From Mantamonas sphyraenae STR306 (Eukaryota; Protista; CRuMs), in NCBI GenBank assembly GCA_026936335.1, contig JAPMXV010000054.1, positions 248,001-312,000 on the forward strand: DNA of 64,000 bases, written 5' to 3'. Positions 34,525-45,200 of this stretch are shown here, piece by piece. Position 1 is the first letter of the stretch. Every line of letters begins with the position of its first letter. The notes under the pieces are model-generated. The model did no database searches. It saw nothing but the letters and a program-made list of their open reading frames with translations, and was not told the origin of the DNA. Position numbers and translations under genes: made by a program.

Positions 34525-36375
34525 TTACAGGCGCTTCATTGGGGCAGATCGGGACCAGCCGCGCGGAGTGCGCTTGAGTAGGCGAACGACGCCTTCAAGG
34601 TCGCCGTGAAGAGCGAGGCCCTTGATGTCTGCGGAGCGGATGGGAAGATTGCGTGCGACGTGGAGCTTGCGTGCAAGATCAGATAGCCTGTCCCACTCGT
34701 GGGCGACGAGGGCCGGACTGAGGAGGAGAGCGTTTGTCTTTGATGCGGAAAGGGCGACCAGGGCACGTGCACCCTCGACAAGGTAGTCGAGATAGTCGAC
34801 TGGGACTTCGGCAGCTTTGAGAGCGAGTTTTGCCTGGAGGAGATGCGTGATGGCGTCGTTGTGGCCAAGGCGGTCGAGCCCTTGGGCCAAAAGATACAGT
34901 CCGTTGAGCCACAGAGCAGTGCGTTCACTAAGGGCGGCATCTTGGAGGAGAGCAAGCCAGCGGGCGGCAAGATCCGGCTGTGCTTCAGCCAAGGCAAGCC
35001 AGGCAGCACGGTAGATGAGCCAGCGGTCGTCGAGAGAGTCAACGGCGAGGGTAAGCGTGTCTGTGGCCCCGATGCGCAGGCAAAGGCGGACAAGGGAAAG
35101 AAGTATGGACGGTTGTTGGGCAGCAGCGTCGAACAGGGCGGTGAGTTGGTCGAGATGCTGGGTGGACCAGTCGCCATCCCAATGAAGAAGCAGCGTACAA
35201 AGGCGATGGAAGGAGTCTGGTTGGTCGAGATGTTCAGGAAGGGCATCGAGGGCAGCCTGGAGCATGGCCGAGCTGACGCCGTAGTTGTGGAGGAGAGCTG
35301 TGCTGAGCCAGCCGTGTGCGAGATGTTCGAGCATCTGCTCACGCACTTGAGCAGCCGACTTTGGATGAGGGTCAAGATGGCCGATGGCAATGAGGGCATG
35401 GCGAGAGGCGAGGGAGAGAAGGCGCGGGACGACGTCGTCAGGCGGAGGCCGAATGATTGCGAGGAGACGAATGAGGAGGGGCTGCTCAGATATTGATGGT
35501 GGGTCGGAGAGGAGGTCGATGATGTGGTCGACGGGGAATGAGGCGTGCGGAAGGCGAGCAGCAAGGACAAGGAGAGCGTGGAGGGAAAGACGGCGGACTG
35601 CACGTCGAGGATCGGTGGTGTAGGTTTGCCAGAGAAGGGCAATGTGTGAGTCGTGGTCGAGCATGGCACGGAGACACAGCTGGGTGGAGGTGCGGAGGAG
35701 TACGAGGGTGTACTCTTGGCCGGGATAGTCTGAGAGCCAGCGAAGAAGGGCGGAGCTTGCAAGGGCAGCCTGCGCGTGGGAGTGATGCATGTGACGGAAG
35801 AGGCGGATGAGTGCGAGTCGAGTGTCGGTAGGTACTTGGATGTCGTCCATGAGGTAGGTGAGGCGCGGGACGAGGGCAGAGGCAAAATGGGAGGAGAGCG
35901 GGGCGAAACGATCGCAGGCAGCGAGCGCTGTGCGTCGTTCGAGGCGGTGGCGTGCACGGAGAGAGTCGAGAAGAGCGTCGTGGACTTTGAGGTGGTCAAA
36001 AAGCGGAGGGCGAAGGGTGGAGAGGGCTCGCAGAGTGAGGGTGCGTGCGAGCGGGTCGTTGGAAGAGAGCGGTGGGGTCAAGCGTTTGAGAAGGTCGTCC
36101 GTGGCCGAGTGGCGAGACACATGGCGGGCGTACGGTTCAAGGGAGTGAAAGAGATCGAGGAGGGCCAGGCGAAGGGTGTTTGAGCCCGCGGCAAAGGCAT
36201 CGGCTAGCTTGAGGAAGGTGGCAGTAATGAGCAATGAGTCGCTGGCCGCGTCCAAGCGGGCCAGCGCGGGAGGGTATTGGTCAATGGCTCTGTGTTGTGT
36301 GGGCAGGGACTCTGATCGGAGCTGTGCGTCGAGTTTCTGGAGGGAATATGACGAGGAGGAGGAGGAGGAGGTCAT
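34525..36375 (-). CDS. INTS7: Integrator complex subunit 7-like (N-terminal helical-repeat domain)
   Basis: LDAQLRS...Q..AI..YP, LITATFLKLADAFAAGSNTLRL, SNDPLARTLTLRAL, LIRLFRHMHH and DPRRAVR match the INTS7 N-terminus. Confidence 0.82.
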   Translation of the reverse strand: MTSSSSSSSYSLQKLDAQLRSESLPTQHRAIDQYPPALARLDAASDSLLITATFLKLADAFAAGSNTLRLALLDLFHSLEPYARHVSRHSATDDLLKRLTPPLSSNDPLARTLTLRALSTLRPPLFDHLKVHDALLDSLRARHRLERRTALAACDRFAPLSSHFASALVPRLTYLMDDIQVPTDTRLALIRLFRHMHHSHAQAALASSALLRWLSDYPGQEYTLVLLRTSTQLCLRAMLDHDSHIALLWQTYTTDPRRAVRRLSLHALLVLAARLPHASFPVDHIIDLLSDPPSISEQPLLIRLLAIIRPPPDDVVPRLLSLASRHALIAIGHLDPHPKSAAQVREQMLEHLAHGWLSTALLHNYGVSSAMLQAALDALPEHLDQPDSFHRLCTLLLHWDGDWSTQHLDQLTALFDAAAQQPSILLSLVRLCLRIGATDTLTLAVDSLDDRWLIYRAAWLALAEAQPDLAARWLALLQDAALSERTALWLNGLYLLAQGLDRLGHNDAITHLLQAKLALKAAEVPVDYLDYLVEGARALVALSASKTNALLLSPALVAHEWDRLSDLARKLHVARNLPIRSADIKGLALHGDLEGVVRLLKRTPRGWSRSAPMKRL

Positions 36376-36435
36376 GTTGTGCAGTTGGTTGGCGTGGGTG
36401 GGGCAAAAAGGTACATTCAGCACAGTTCGGACAGA

Positions 36436-37664
36436 TTACGTATTGCTGCTGCTGCTGCTTTCGCCTTCCTCGGTGCTGGCGCCGGCCTTGTTGTCCTGGT
36501 AGAGGCCGATGTTGTTGCCGAGCGGGTCGGCGACGTTTGCAAAGAGCATGGTGTCCCAGCCATACTTGGGCGTGATGACCTTGCCTCCGTTAGCCTTGAC
36601 ACGTTCGATGGTGGCGTCGATGTTCGAGGTGAACAACACGGGAACGACAGCAGCCTCGTTTTCCGCGGGAGGAGCCCAGTCTTTGCGCAGAGGGAAGCCG
36701 CCGCCCACAGAGTGTTCCACACCCTCCATCCTGGCCATGAACAGGCCGTACTCGTCCTTGTACACAAAGCCGTCCCAGTTGAAGACGGTGTTGTAAAATT
36801 TGACCGTGGCGTCCATGTCGGTGGTGGGGAATTCGACAAAGCAGATGCAACCCACCGAGTGGTCTCCCATCTTGGGCTTGCCGTCTTCACCGTCGGGAGG
36901 ACACCAAAGAGCAAGCACGTTGCCCTGTGTGTCCCGGAAGCGGTTCTGCCAGCCGTTGTTGTCTCCGATGATGGGGAACTTGGGCTTGATGATCTCGCCT
37001 CCAGCCTCGACGATTTTGGCTTCGGTGGCGTCGATGTCGTCCGACACGATGAACACCACGATTTGTTCCGAGGTGCACACGGTGCGATCGTCGCCCACCA
37101 CGTCAAAGCCGCCGTTGACGAAGCGCTCGCCCTTCTTGGTCGACGGGCAGCTGAAGAACGTGTACTTGTCCGTCGGCGTGATGGTCCATCCAAACACCTT
37201 TTCGTAAAAGGCACCTGCCTCGGCGGCATCCTATGGAGTTTGTGTGCGTGTGCACAGCGCCACGCCGTTTGCGTGAGCTGTTTGGAGGCTATGCGGAAGG
37301 GGGGAAAACGCACACGGTCGAACGAGGTTCCCGGGAACCGGCTCCGAGGAGCCCAGGTCCACCTACCTTGGCTACAAGCTCGATGTGCGAGATGAACATC
37401 GGGTCATGGATCGTGTATGTGATGCCGTCCACTGTCACTGAGGTGGCAGGGTCAGCAACGTGGGCACGTTCCTGTGGGAGGCGAGGAAGCGGTTGGGCGT
37501 TGTCAGAAAGCTGCACAGGATGAAAAACGTGTGGACCCCCCTTTGAGCCTTCCGCCTGGGAACCCTACCTCATCTGTGCCCTCGGTCTGGGCGGTGTCAT
37601 CTTGCTTGTCGGCCGTCTGGTCGATGGTCTCGTCAATCTTGCGGTTGGGGGAGGTGGTGGACAT
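36436..37664 (-). CDS. Two-domain VOC (glyoxalase/bleomycin-resistance-like) protein, 3 exons
   Basis: ISHIEL...AGAFYEKVFGW...VSDDIDATEAKIVEAGGEII...FRDTQGNVLALW, with a second copy FVEFPTTDMDATVKFYNTVFNW...ADPLGNNIGLY. Two GTAGGT donors; the last exon resumes at 37230. Confidence 0.85.
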
Positions 37665-38067
37665 TGCCTGGAGAGAGATTTGTTGGTTCGGATGGAGAGG
37701 ATGCACGGAAGGGGAAAGGAGGAGGTGGTGGGAGAGGGAAAGAGGTGAGTGAGAGGACAGCGTGGAGTGATGATGATGGGGGTGGTGTGAGCGTGGTGGC
37801 GCAAAGGCGGACAACGGAAAGAGTGCCACATTGCAAGGGCAACATTGCAAGGGCAACTTGAGAAAAGAGATGCAGAAGCAAAGGTAGGGCAGTGTGGCGG
37901 GACGGACATGCATTCAAGCGTCTGAGGAGGTCGATGGTGCCTCGAACTGACGTCCACTGGGCCGTGGAAGTTTTGGGTTTGTCGTGGAAGGAATTTCGCA
38001 ACAAACAACAAAAGCATCTCCACACAGAGCAGATAGAGGAGATCTCTCGCACGAAAGAAGCCACAGC

Positions 38068-39165
38068 ATGAAGGAAAATGCAGACAGTGGGGCAGACGTG
38101 GATGCGATTGCAGATCAGACGCACGTGGTTGCATGTGCGGCGGGCACGTGGACGTCTATTGGAGGAGAAGAGGATGGAGTCGTGGTTCTTGTGCGTGGAG
38201 GGTACATTGATGCTGGAGCAACTGAACCCAAGACCCCGAGTGAGGAGGAGGATGAGGAGAGCGACCGCGCGGATCGAGCAAAGCAGCAACACACGGCCGT
38301 CGTGTCGTCACTGCTTGCAGCACAGGAGGACGTCAATGCGGCACGTGGAAGCGGTTGGCGATGGAAGGGATGGCGAGCAATGCTGAGCGCAGCAGATGAA
38401 GCTGCTGCAAAGGAAGACGTAGATGCCGTCGACGAAGGAGGATGGACAGCTGTGATGCATGCAGCCTGGAGCGGAAGCGTTAAGAATGCCATGTTCTGGC
38501 TTCAACAAGGATCAGACGCCAACATGCGGGACAAGCAAGGTCGGACGGCATTGATGCTTGCAATTTGGCAGATGCACATCAACGTGGTCGGCCTGCTGCT
38601 TGAGGCCGGGGCCGATGTCAACGCAGCCGATAGCAAGGGACGTACCCCCATCATGATCGCTGCCTGGCGTGTCCACACACACACCACCGCCGTCCTTCTC
38701 CACGCAGGCGCCGATCCAAACGCCGCCGATCTCAAGGGCCGCACCGCTCTCATGTTTGCTGCCCGCTACGGCCACACTGCCGTCGTCAAACAGCTCATCC
38801 AAGGTGGTTCCGATGTCCATGCAATCGATCAGGCTGGATGGACGGCGCTCATGTTTGCTGCTGACTGTGGGCACTCCGACGTGGCTCAGGCGCTTTTGGA
38901 TGCGGGCGCAGACGTCGACGCCTTGTCGGAGGACGAGAGCACAGCGCTGATGGTTGCAGCAGAGACGGGACAGATGGAGGTGATGATGGTCCTTGTGGAG
39001 GCCAAGGCGGATGTGAACGCTGTGCGACGGGATGGAGCGTGTGCACTGCAGCTGGCGGTGACGAACGGCAACATGGATGCAGGCGAGTATCTCGCCGGGG
39101 CTGGGGCCGATTTGAACGGAATTCGAGATTGGATGGAGCAGCTGCACGCTGGGGCCCCACCGTGA
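38068..39165 (+). CDS. Ankyrin-repeat protein (paralog A)
   Basis: Repeated GxTALMxAA...LLxAGADVNA units; start uncertain. Confidence 0.85.
   Translation: MKENADSGADVDAIADQTHVVACAAGTWTSIGGEEDGVVVLVRGGYIDAGATEPKTPSEEEDEESDRADRAKQQHTAVVSSLLAAQEDVNAARGSGWRWKGWRAMLSAADEAAAKEDVDAVDEGGWTAVMHAAWSGSVKNAMFWLQQGSDANMRDKQGRTALMLAIWQMHINVVGLLLEAGADVNAADSKGRTPIMIAAWRVHTHTTAVLLHAGADPNAADLKGRTALMFAARYGHTAVVKQLIQGGSDVHAIDQAGWTALMFAADCGHSDVAQALLDAGADVDALSEDESTALMVAAETGQMEVMMVLVEAKADVNAVRRDGACALQLAVTNGNMDAGEYLAGAGADLNGIRDWMEQLHAGAPP
38595..39116 (+). repeat. ~520-bp near-identical direct repeat, copy 1 (copy 2 at 40748-41269)
   Basis: Both copies run gctgcttgaggccggggccgatgtc...gatttgaa at an offset of 2153, with only a handful of mismatches. 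Confidence 0.92.
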
Positions 39166-39346
39166 ACGCCAACAAAATCGTGTCACATTCTTCTCCACAA
39201 ATTTCTCTGGTGAGTCAACAAAGCGGGGATTTTTGCACGTGCATGTTGAGGCGCATAGTTTCGTTGCTCGATGGATAGGATGGGCGTTCTGTGGGGGGGG
39301 GAAAGGAGCACCAGCTGACCCTCGAGGAAGTTTTTGTCACAGCCAT

Positions 39347-41363
39347 GGAAGGAATTTCGCGTGCCATTTCCCTACCCCTTCCCCGAGGCGAAGGCGAGAG
39401 TAGACAAAAGATGAAAGGCGTTGAAGGTGGCAGTGTAGGCTGTGCTATGCGTAAGCGAGCTGCGATGCAATGGAAGCGATCGACAGATGGCTCGGCGGCG
39501 TCGACGTGCTCGAGTGAGCAAACTCACCTGGGACGAGTTCCATCGATGGTCGTGCAGCGGGCTCGCATCGACCCACAGTTGCTGAAGGAGGCCATTGTGC
39601 TGAACATGACAGCAGCCGAAGGAACGGGAGATGAAGTGCGGTCGCTGGTCCAGGGAGGAGTGGAGGTGGATGGTGTGGATGACGAAGGGATGACGGCGCT
39701 GATGACGGTGGCTGAACACGGACGAGCCGACATGGTGAGTGTGCTTGTGAGCTCAGGGGCGTACGTGGATGCATCGATGGTCAACGGATGGCGCCCTCTG
39801 ATGTTTGCGGTGGCGCAAGACCGGGTGGAAACGGCCACGGAGCTCCTGATCCACGGAGCCAACATCAACGCAGCCGACATGTGCGGCTGGACAGTGCTGC
39901 ACAGAGCGGCATGGAACGGATACGCAGCCATGGCTCGTATGCTGCTCGAGATGCATGCCAAGGCGGATGCAAAGGACTGGAAACGACGCACGGCGCTGAT
40001 GTTTGCCGCACAGTACGGCCACGACGAGGTTGTTGCCGTCTTGCTTGAGTGGGGTGCTCAGACGACGCTTGTAGACTCGGAAGGACGGACAGCACTCATG
40101 ATGGCAGCGTGGACAACGAATATCCGGACGGTGGTGACTCTGGTGGAGGCCAAGTCGCCGCTGAACCACCAGGACATCGAAGGGACGACGGCGCTGATGT
40201 TTGCATCGCGGTACGGTCACGAAGAAGCGGTGCAGGTGCTGCTGGAAAGAGGAGCCAAGGTGAATCTGGTGGACAAGGGTGGATGGACGGCGCTGATGCT
40301 GGCGTGCGAGGAGGGCCACAGAGAGGTTGTGGCCATGTTGCTGGGCGCTGGTGCGGATGTTCAACTACAGGACGCACAGGGAGAGAGTGCTCTGTCTCGT
40401 GCGGCCGAAGAAGGACACACGGAAGTGATCAAGGCCTTGCTGGAGGCCCAGGCGAATGTCAATGCATCACGAGGAAGCGGGTGGCGATGGAAGGGATGGA
40501 CGGCGGTGATGCAAGCAGCAGCCGAGGGCCATCCAGAAACGTCGCAAGCAGTCGTAGGGTTGGCTGGAGACGTGACCACGGCAGACGAGGCTGGGATCAC
40601 GGGGCTGATGCGTGCGGCTTGGGATGGATTCACCGATGTGGCGGAGAAGCTACTGCATGCGGGGGCGAATGCAAACGCCCACGACCAAAGAGGACGCACT
40701 GCGTTGATGGTGGCTTCGTGGCGTGTGCATCACGCAACTGTGGTGGCGCTGCTTGAGGCCGGGGCCGATGTCAACGCAGCCGATCACAAGGGACGTACCC
40801 CCATCATGATCGCTGCCTGGCGTGTCCACACGCACACCACCGCCGTCCTTCTCCACGCAGGCGCCGATCCAAACGCCGCCGATCTCAAGGGCCGCACCGC
40901 TCTCATGTTTGCTGCCCGCTACGGCCACACTGCCGTCGTCAAACAGCTCATCCAAGGTGGTTCCGATGTCCATGCCATCGATCAGGCTGGATGGACGGCG
41001 CTCATGTTTGCTGCTGACTGTGGGCACTCCGACGTGGCTCAGGCGCTTTTGGATGCGGGCGCAGACGTCGACGCCTTGTCGGAGGACGAGAGCACAGCGC
41101 TGATGGTTGCAGCAGAGACGGGACAGATGGAGGTGATGATGGTCCTTGTGGAGGCCAAGGCGGATGTGAACGCAATGCGACGGGATGGAGCGTGTGCACT
41201 GCAGCTGGCGGTGACGAACGGCAACATGGATGCAGGCGAGTATCTCGCCGGAGCTGGGGCCGATTTGAATGTGATGAGAGAGTGGTGGGAGCAGATGTTG
41301 GAGTGTGGCGGGGGAGGACGACTGTGGGTCGTGCGCGGCGGTTATGGGGTGGAAGAAACATGA
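39347..41363 (+). CDS. Ankyrin-repeat protein (paralog B, ~16 repeats)
   Basis: Continuous GRTALMFAA.YGH...LL..GA.VN repeats; start uncertain. Confidence 0.88.
40748..41269 (+). repeat. ~520-bp near-identical direct repeat, copy 2
   Basis: See copy 1 at 38595-39116. Confidence 0.92.
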
Positions 41364-41402
41364 ATGCGCTGGTGTGCCAATATTTCACCAACACCCTCAC
41401 CT

Positions 41403-42119
41403 ATGTCCATCTGCGAGGCCCTTTCCGACGGAGTGTCCTCACAAGCAATTCAGCTCCTCGTGAACGGGGCGGACCCAAATGAGAAGTGGGTTTTGGGGCT
41501 TGTTCCTCTTCACTTGGCCGCCAGGCTCGGATACGAGGATGTCGTGGACCACCTGCTGGAAGCAGGGGCCATGGTCGATCCCTGCAACAGTTCGGGATGG
41601 ACACCGCTGATGGAGGCGGCCGATCATGGCCAGGAGGAGGTTGTGCAGAAGCTCCTGGAAGCAGGCGCAGATCCATTCGCTGTCGGCGAGCACGGCGTGA
41701 CTGCGCTAGGTGTGGCCGCGAGTGGAGGAAACACCCTGTGTGTGCGTCTCATTGTGGAGCATGGCGGGCCAATCGCTTCCTTGTCCGGGAGCACCAACCG
41801 AACGCCGTTGATGTCGGCTGCCGCAAACAACGACACGGCCATGGTGCAAGTGCTGCTTGAACTCGGCGCCGATCTAGACGAAATCAATGACATGGGCATC
41901 AATGCCCTGTACACAGCGGTCTGCTACGCGAGCACAGAAGTCGTGGTGCTTCTGCTCGATGCAGGTGCCGATCTCCACGCCTGCCACAGCGCCTTTGAAG
42001 TCGCTGTCCAACGTGAATTTGACGAAATCGTCGAGATTTTACTCCACAACGGGGCGGATGTCAACATGGGACTCTCTCACGACTTGTGGAAGGCGTGGAC
42101 GACGAAACGGGGCCGCTGA
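41403..42119 (+). CDS. Ankyrin-repeat protein (C); could be a terminal exon of paralog B
   Basis: PLHLAARLG, GWTPLMEAA, TPLMSAAANN, LLHNGADVN. Confidence 0.78.
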   Translation: MSICEALSDGVSSQAIQLLVNGADPNEKWVLGLVPLHLAARLGYEDVVDHLLEAGAMVDPCNSSGWTPLMEAADHGQEEVVQKLLEAGADPFAVGEHGVTALGVAASGGNTLCVRLIVEHGGPIASLSGSTNRTPLMSAAANNDTAMVQVLLELGADLDEINDMGINALYTAVCYASTEVVVLLLDAGADLHACHSAFEVAVQREFDEIVEILLHNGADVNMGLSHDLWKAWTTKRGR

Positions 42120-42125
42120 TCCTTA

Positions 42126-42275
42126 CAGCCTGTTCGGAGCAAGTTGAAACGTGTAAGCGCGGAGGTTTGGACGGTTAGAACGAATGGAAAGTGGCGGAAA
42201 ACACTCACGTGCTGTGATAGGTGGTATACACCCTATTTGGTTGATTGAAGTCGGTTTGGTCACGTTGATGGATGG
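42126..42275 (-). ncRNA. Candidate Fanzor omega-RNA scaffold
   Basis: Lies between the ORF stop and the element 3' end. Contains hairpin ATAGGGTG-TATAC-CACCTAT, stem ACGTGAGTG/CGCT(TA)CACGT, and CAGC able to pair with the terminal GCTG. Boundaries are inferred. Confidence 0.5.
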
Positions 42276-45200
42276 TCACGTGGGTGGCGATCTGTCCACC
42301 GCTGCGCCGTTCACGTCCTCAGGAAGACCAAGACTGCGTCGAAATTGGGCTCCAACTCGACTGCGTTGCCAAGCCTTGGTCATGCACCACACAGTGTGGC
42401 CACGGAGTGCTGCAAACACCTTGTTTGCGATACACTGCGCCGAGGAAAAGTCGCGATTGCGAAAGAGTCCACACTGCTCGCAGTGCTTGACACGTGCAGT
42501 GAGGTTGCTTCCATGCGTGCTCCTGTGTACGCTGCCACACTTTGGACACCTTAAAGTGGTGTTGCACTCATTGACCCACAGGACGATCATGTCCTGTTTG
42601 GCCAATTGAGCCAAGACCTGCACTCCGCCTCGGCCTCCGCTGTAGCCATCGCCAATACACAGCATGGTCATGCGACGCATACCCCCTGCAGTCTCATATT
42701 CCTCTGTCCTCCGTACGTCACGGAGCCATCGTTGGCGACGGAGCCGTATTCGGTGGCGCTGGTGTCGATGGCGCTGTTGAAAATCCATTCCATCTTCCTC
42801 GTTGTGCGTATCGAGCGCTTGCCCATCCGCCTTGGCCACTCGATCTGTCTGCTCTTGTTGGTGTCGAGTGACCCGCTTCGTGCGTGCCTCTGCGTGGGCG
42901 TTGGCCACGAGCCGAGGTTGCTCCCACCGCACGGCCTCCATGCTCTCCCGCACAGCCTTGGACAGTTGCGCACTGTCGCGCTTCAGGCCCACCTGGCGCT
43001 CCATAGCCGAGAGGGAGGGCGGCGAGAACTTGTACGCGTCAGCAAACGTGACCTCCGAGCCACTGACATCAACCTCCTGCCTGGGAATGCACAACGCAGC
43101 CGGGCAGTTGTACTTCCCTGGATCGATACCAAGTAGCTGTAGGCATTGGTTTGCTTCCTTGCTCAGCGGGAGCACCCGCGAGTAACTGGAAATCTCCCCA
43201 TGAGGACGGCGGCACGTGTTCATCACAGGCACCAGCCCCAGCTTGTCCAACTTCGCCGCCGACTTCGGAAGCCATTGGTTCAACTGCTCAAGCACAGCCT
43301 CCCTCAGAGATTTCGATGCCGGTGCTGCTCCTTCCAGTTCGCCGTTCGAGTCGATGGCTCGCTGCCGGTGCTTGTGCGAACACACAAAAGCGGCCAGCTC
43401 ACTCAAGCGCAAAGCAACTGCCACCACCCTTTCCATCAATCGCCGCTGGCATCGTTCAAATTCACTGTGGGCGCCTGCATCTCGGCCACCCGAGCCTGTT
43501 CCTGTATCGCCCTTGGTGGTTTCGCTGTAGTTGTACCGATTCACATGGTGACGACGGAAGGGTGTGCCCTGCATCGGAACCACGCCCCCTTCCAATCCCA
43601 GCAGCTCGTCGGCCTCGCCGTTCAAGAAGGAGACGAACATGTCGTCACTGATGTCCCTCGTCTCGGCATGTGTGGTGGCTGTCGAGTTGTAGAGGAGATG
43701 CAGGCAGGTGCGCAGGGCGGGGAACAGGGACATCATTTCGTCCGGGAGGCAGAGTGCCTCCAGGTAGTACAGTTGGCGCTGCGTGTTCGTTGCCGGGATC
43801 GCCCAGTGGCGCGTGTTCAACATAGACACTGAAGTGAACGTGCGAACACTCAGGAAGCCTGCGTTCAGGAAGGGAGTCTTTGCGATTGCGGGTGCCTGGC
43901 TCAGCGACAGTGCGCCCTGCTTGAACACGTCGAACAGTGCAAAGAGAAACGGGTCTGCGTACACTGCCATGTCTTCTGCTGGGATGCACTGCACTCCATC
44001 TTGGTTGGAGATGATACGCGGTGACTTGTTCGCACACTTGATGCTGCACAAACGCATTGCTTCCACAGCGCCGGATGAATACGGCAGGTACTCTTGCGCA
44101 TCACCACTGCTGCTGCTGCTGCTCTGATCACCTGTCGTCGCCCTTGAGAGCATGTGATGAGCCAGAGAAGCGCGCAGACCGTGGACATGAGCGCTGTTGT
44201 CCCAGCTGTCCAGCTTGTCCATCCACTGGCGCACATGTCCGTCAGTCACCGCGTCGATGTCGTCGACGTCGTCGATGCCCATGCCCATCGTTGAGACAAC
44301 TGCACCCTTGAGAATGGAACGGCACGCCACTGCGTAGTTGTCATCCTTAAGCACGTGCTGCCAGCACGCGTTGGCGATTGTTGTCGCAGCCCACACGCCG
44401 TACAGGTGTTCCCGTTCCAATGGCAGCTGGATGTTGAGCGTATGCTTGTCCGGATACAGCTTGTTCATGCGGCAGTTCTGTACGATCTGGAAGAACACAG
44501 TCTGTGCGGTTGAGATGCCGGTGTCGGGCCCGACGTGCTTGAGTATGTCCTGGAAGGCAGACAGAGACACCCCCCCATGACGTTGTAGCACGTGGTCCAG
44601 AACCTCCTCACACTCCTTGATAGAAGCTGCCTCCTCCTCGTCCTTGTCCTCCTCGTTGACACCCTCTGACGACAACGACTGTGCCAGCCTCTTCACGGTA
44701 ACAGAGTCATCAGTGGCTGCCTCTGCGGCCATGGACAGGATGTTGTTCTTCGCACTCCTGCGCAGCATTGTACCCCAGGTGGTAATGACGCTGGCCGCCG
44801 CGCGCGTTTTCAGAGTTGACACGATGCGTGGGCTCAATTTGGATACGTCCAGGCCGATGCGGTCGCACCCTTGGTACGTGCATGCAATGTTTCCGTCCTC
44901 GGTCGTCACCACAAGGGCTTCGTTGATCCCAGTGTGCTCAAGCGCACGCTGGAGCGACACCATTCGCTTTGCTCGCCGCCCTGGCTCTTCCCGTGCTTTC
45001 TCCGCCTCCTCCTTCGAGAGGCACAATGACATTGAGAACAAGTTGGAGCTCGTTGCATGCAGCACAAGTGAATTGTCTTGTACCTGAATGACCTTGGCGA
45101 GCTCAGCCGCCAAACCCTCGCTTGGAGCAAGTTGCAGCAGCTGCAGCAGGTCCATCATGAGGGCCACCACCAGCCCGTACACACGCCCCATCAATGAGAG

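Noticed and set aside
37829-37857. 14-bp direct repeat cattgcaagggcaa x2
   Set aside because: Only two copies in an intergenic region, with no supportable function.
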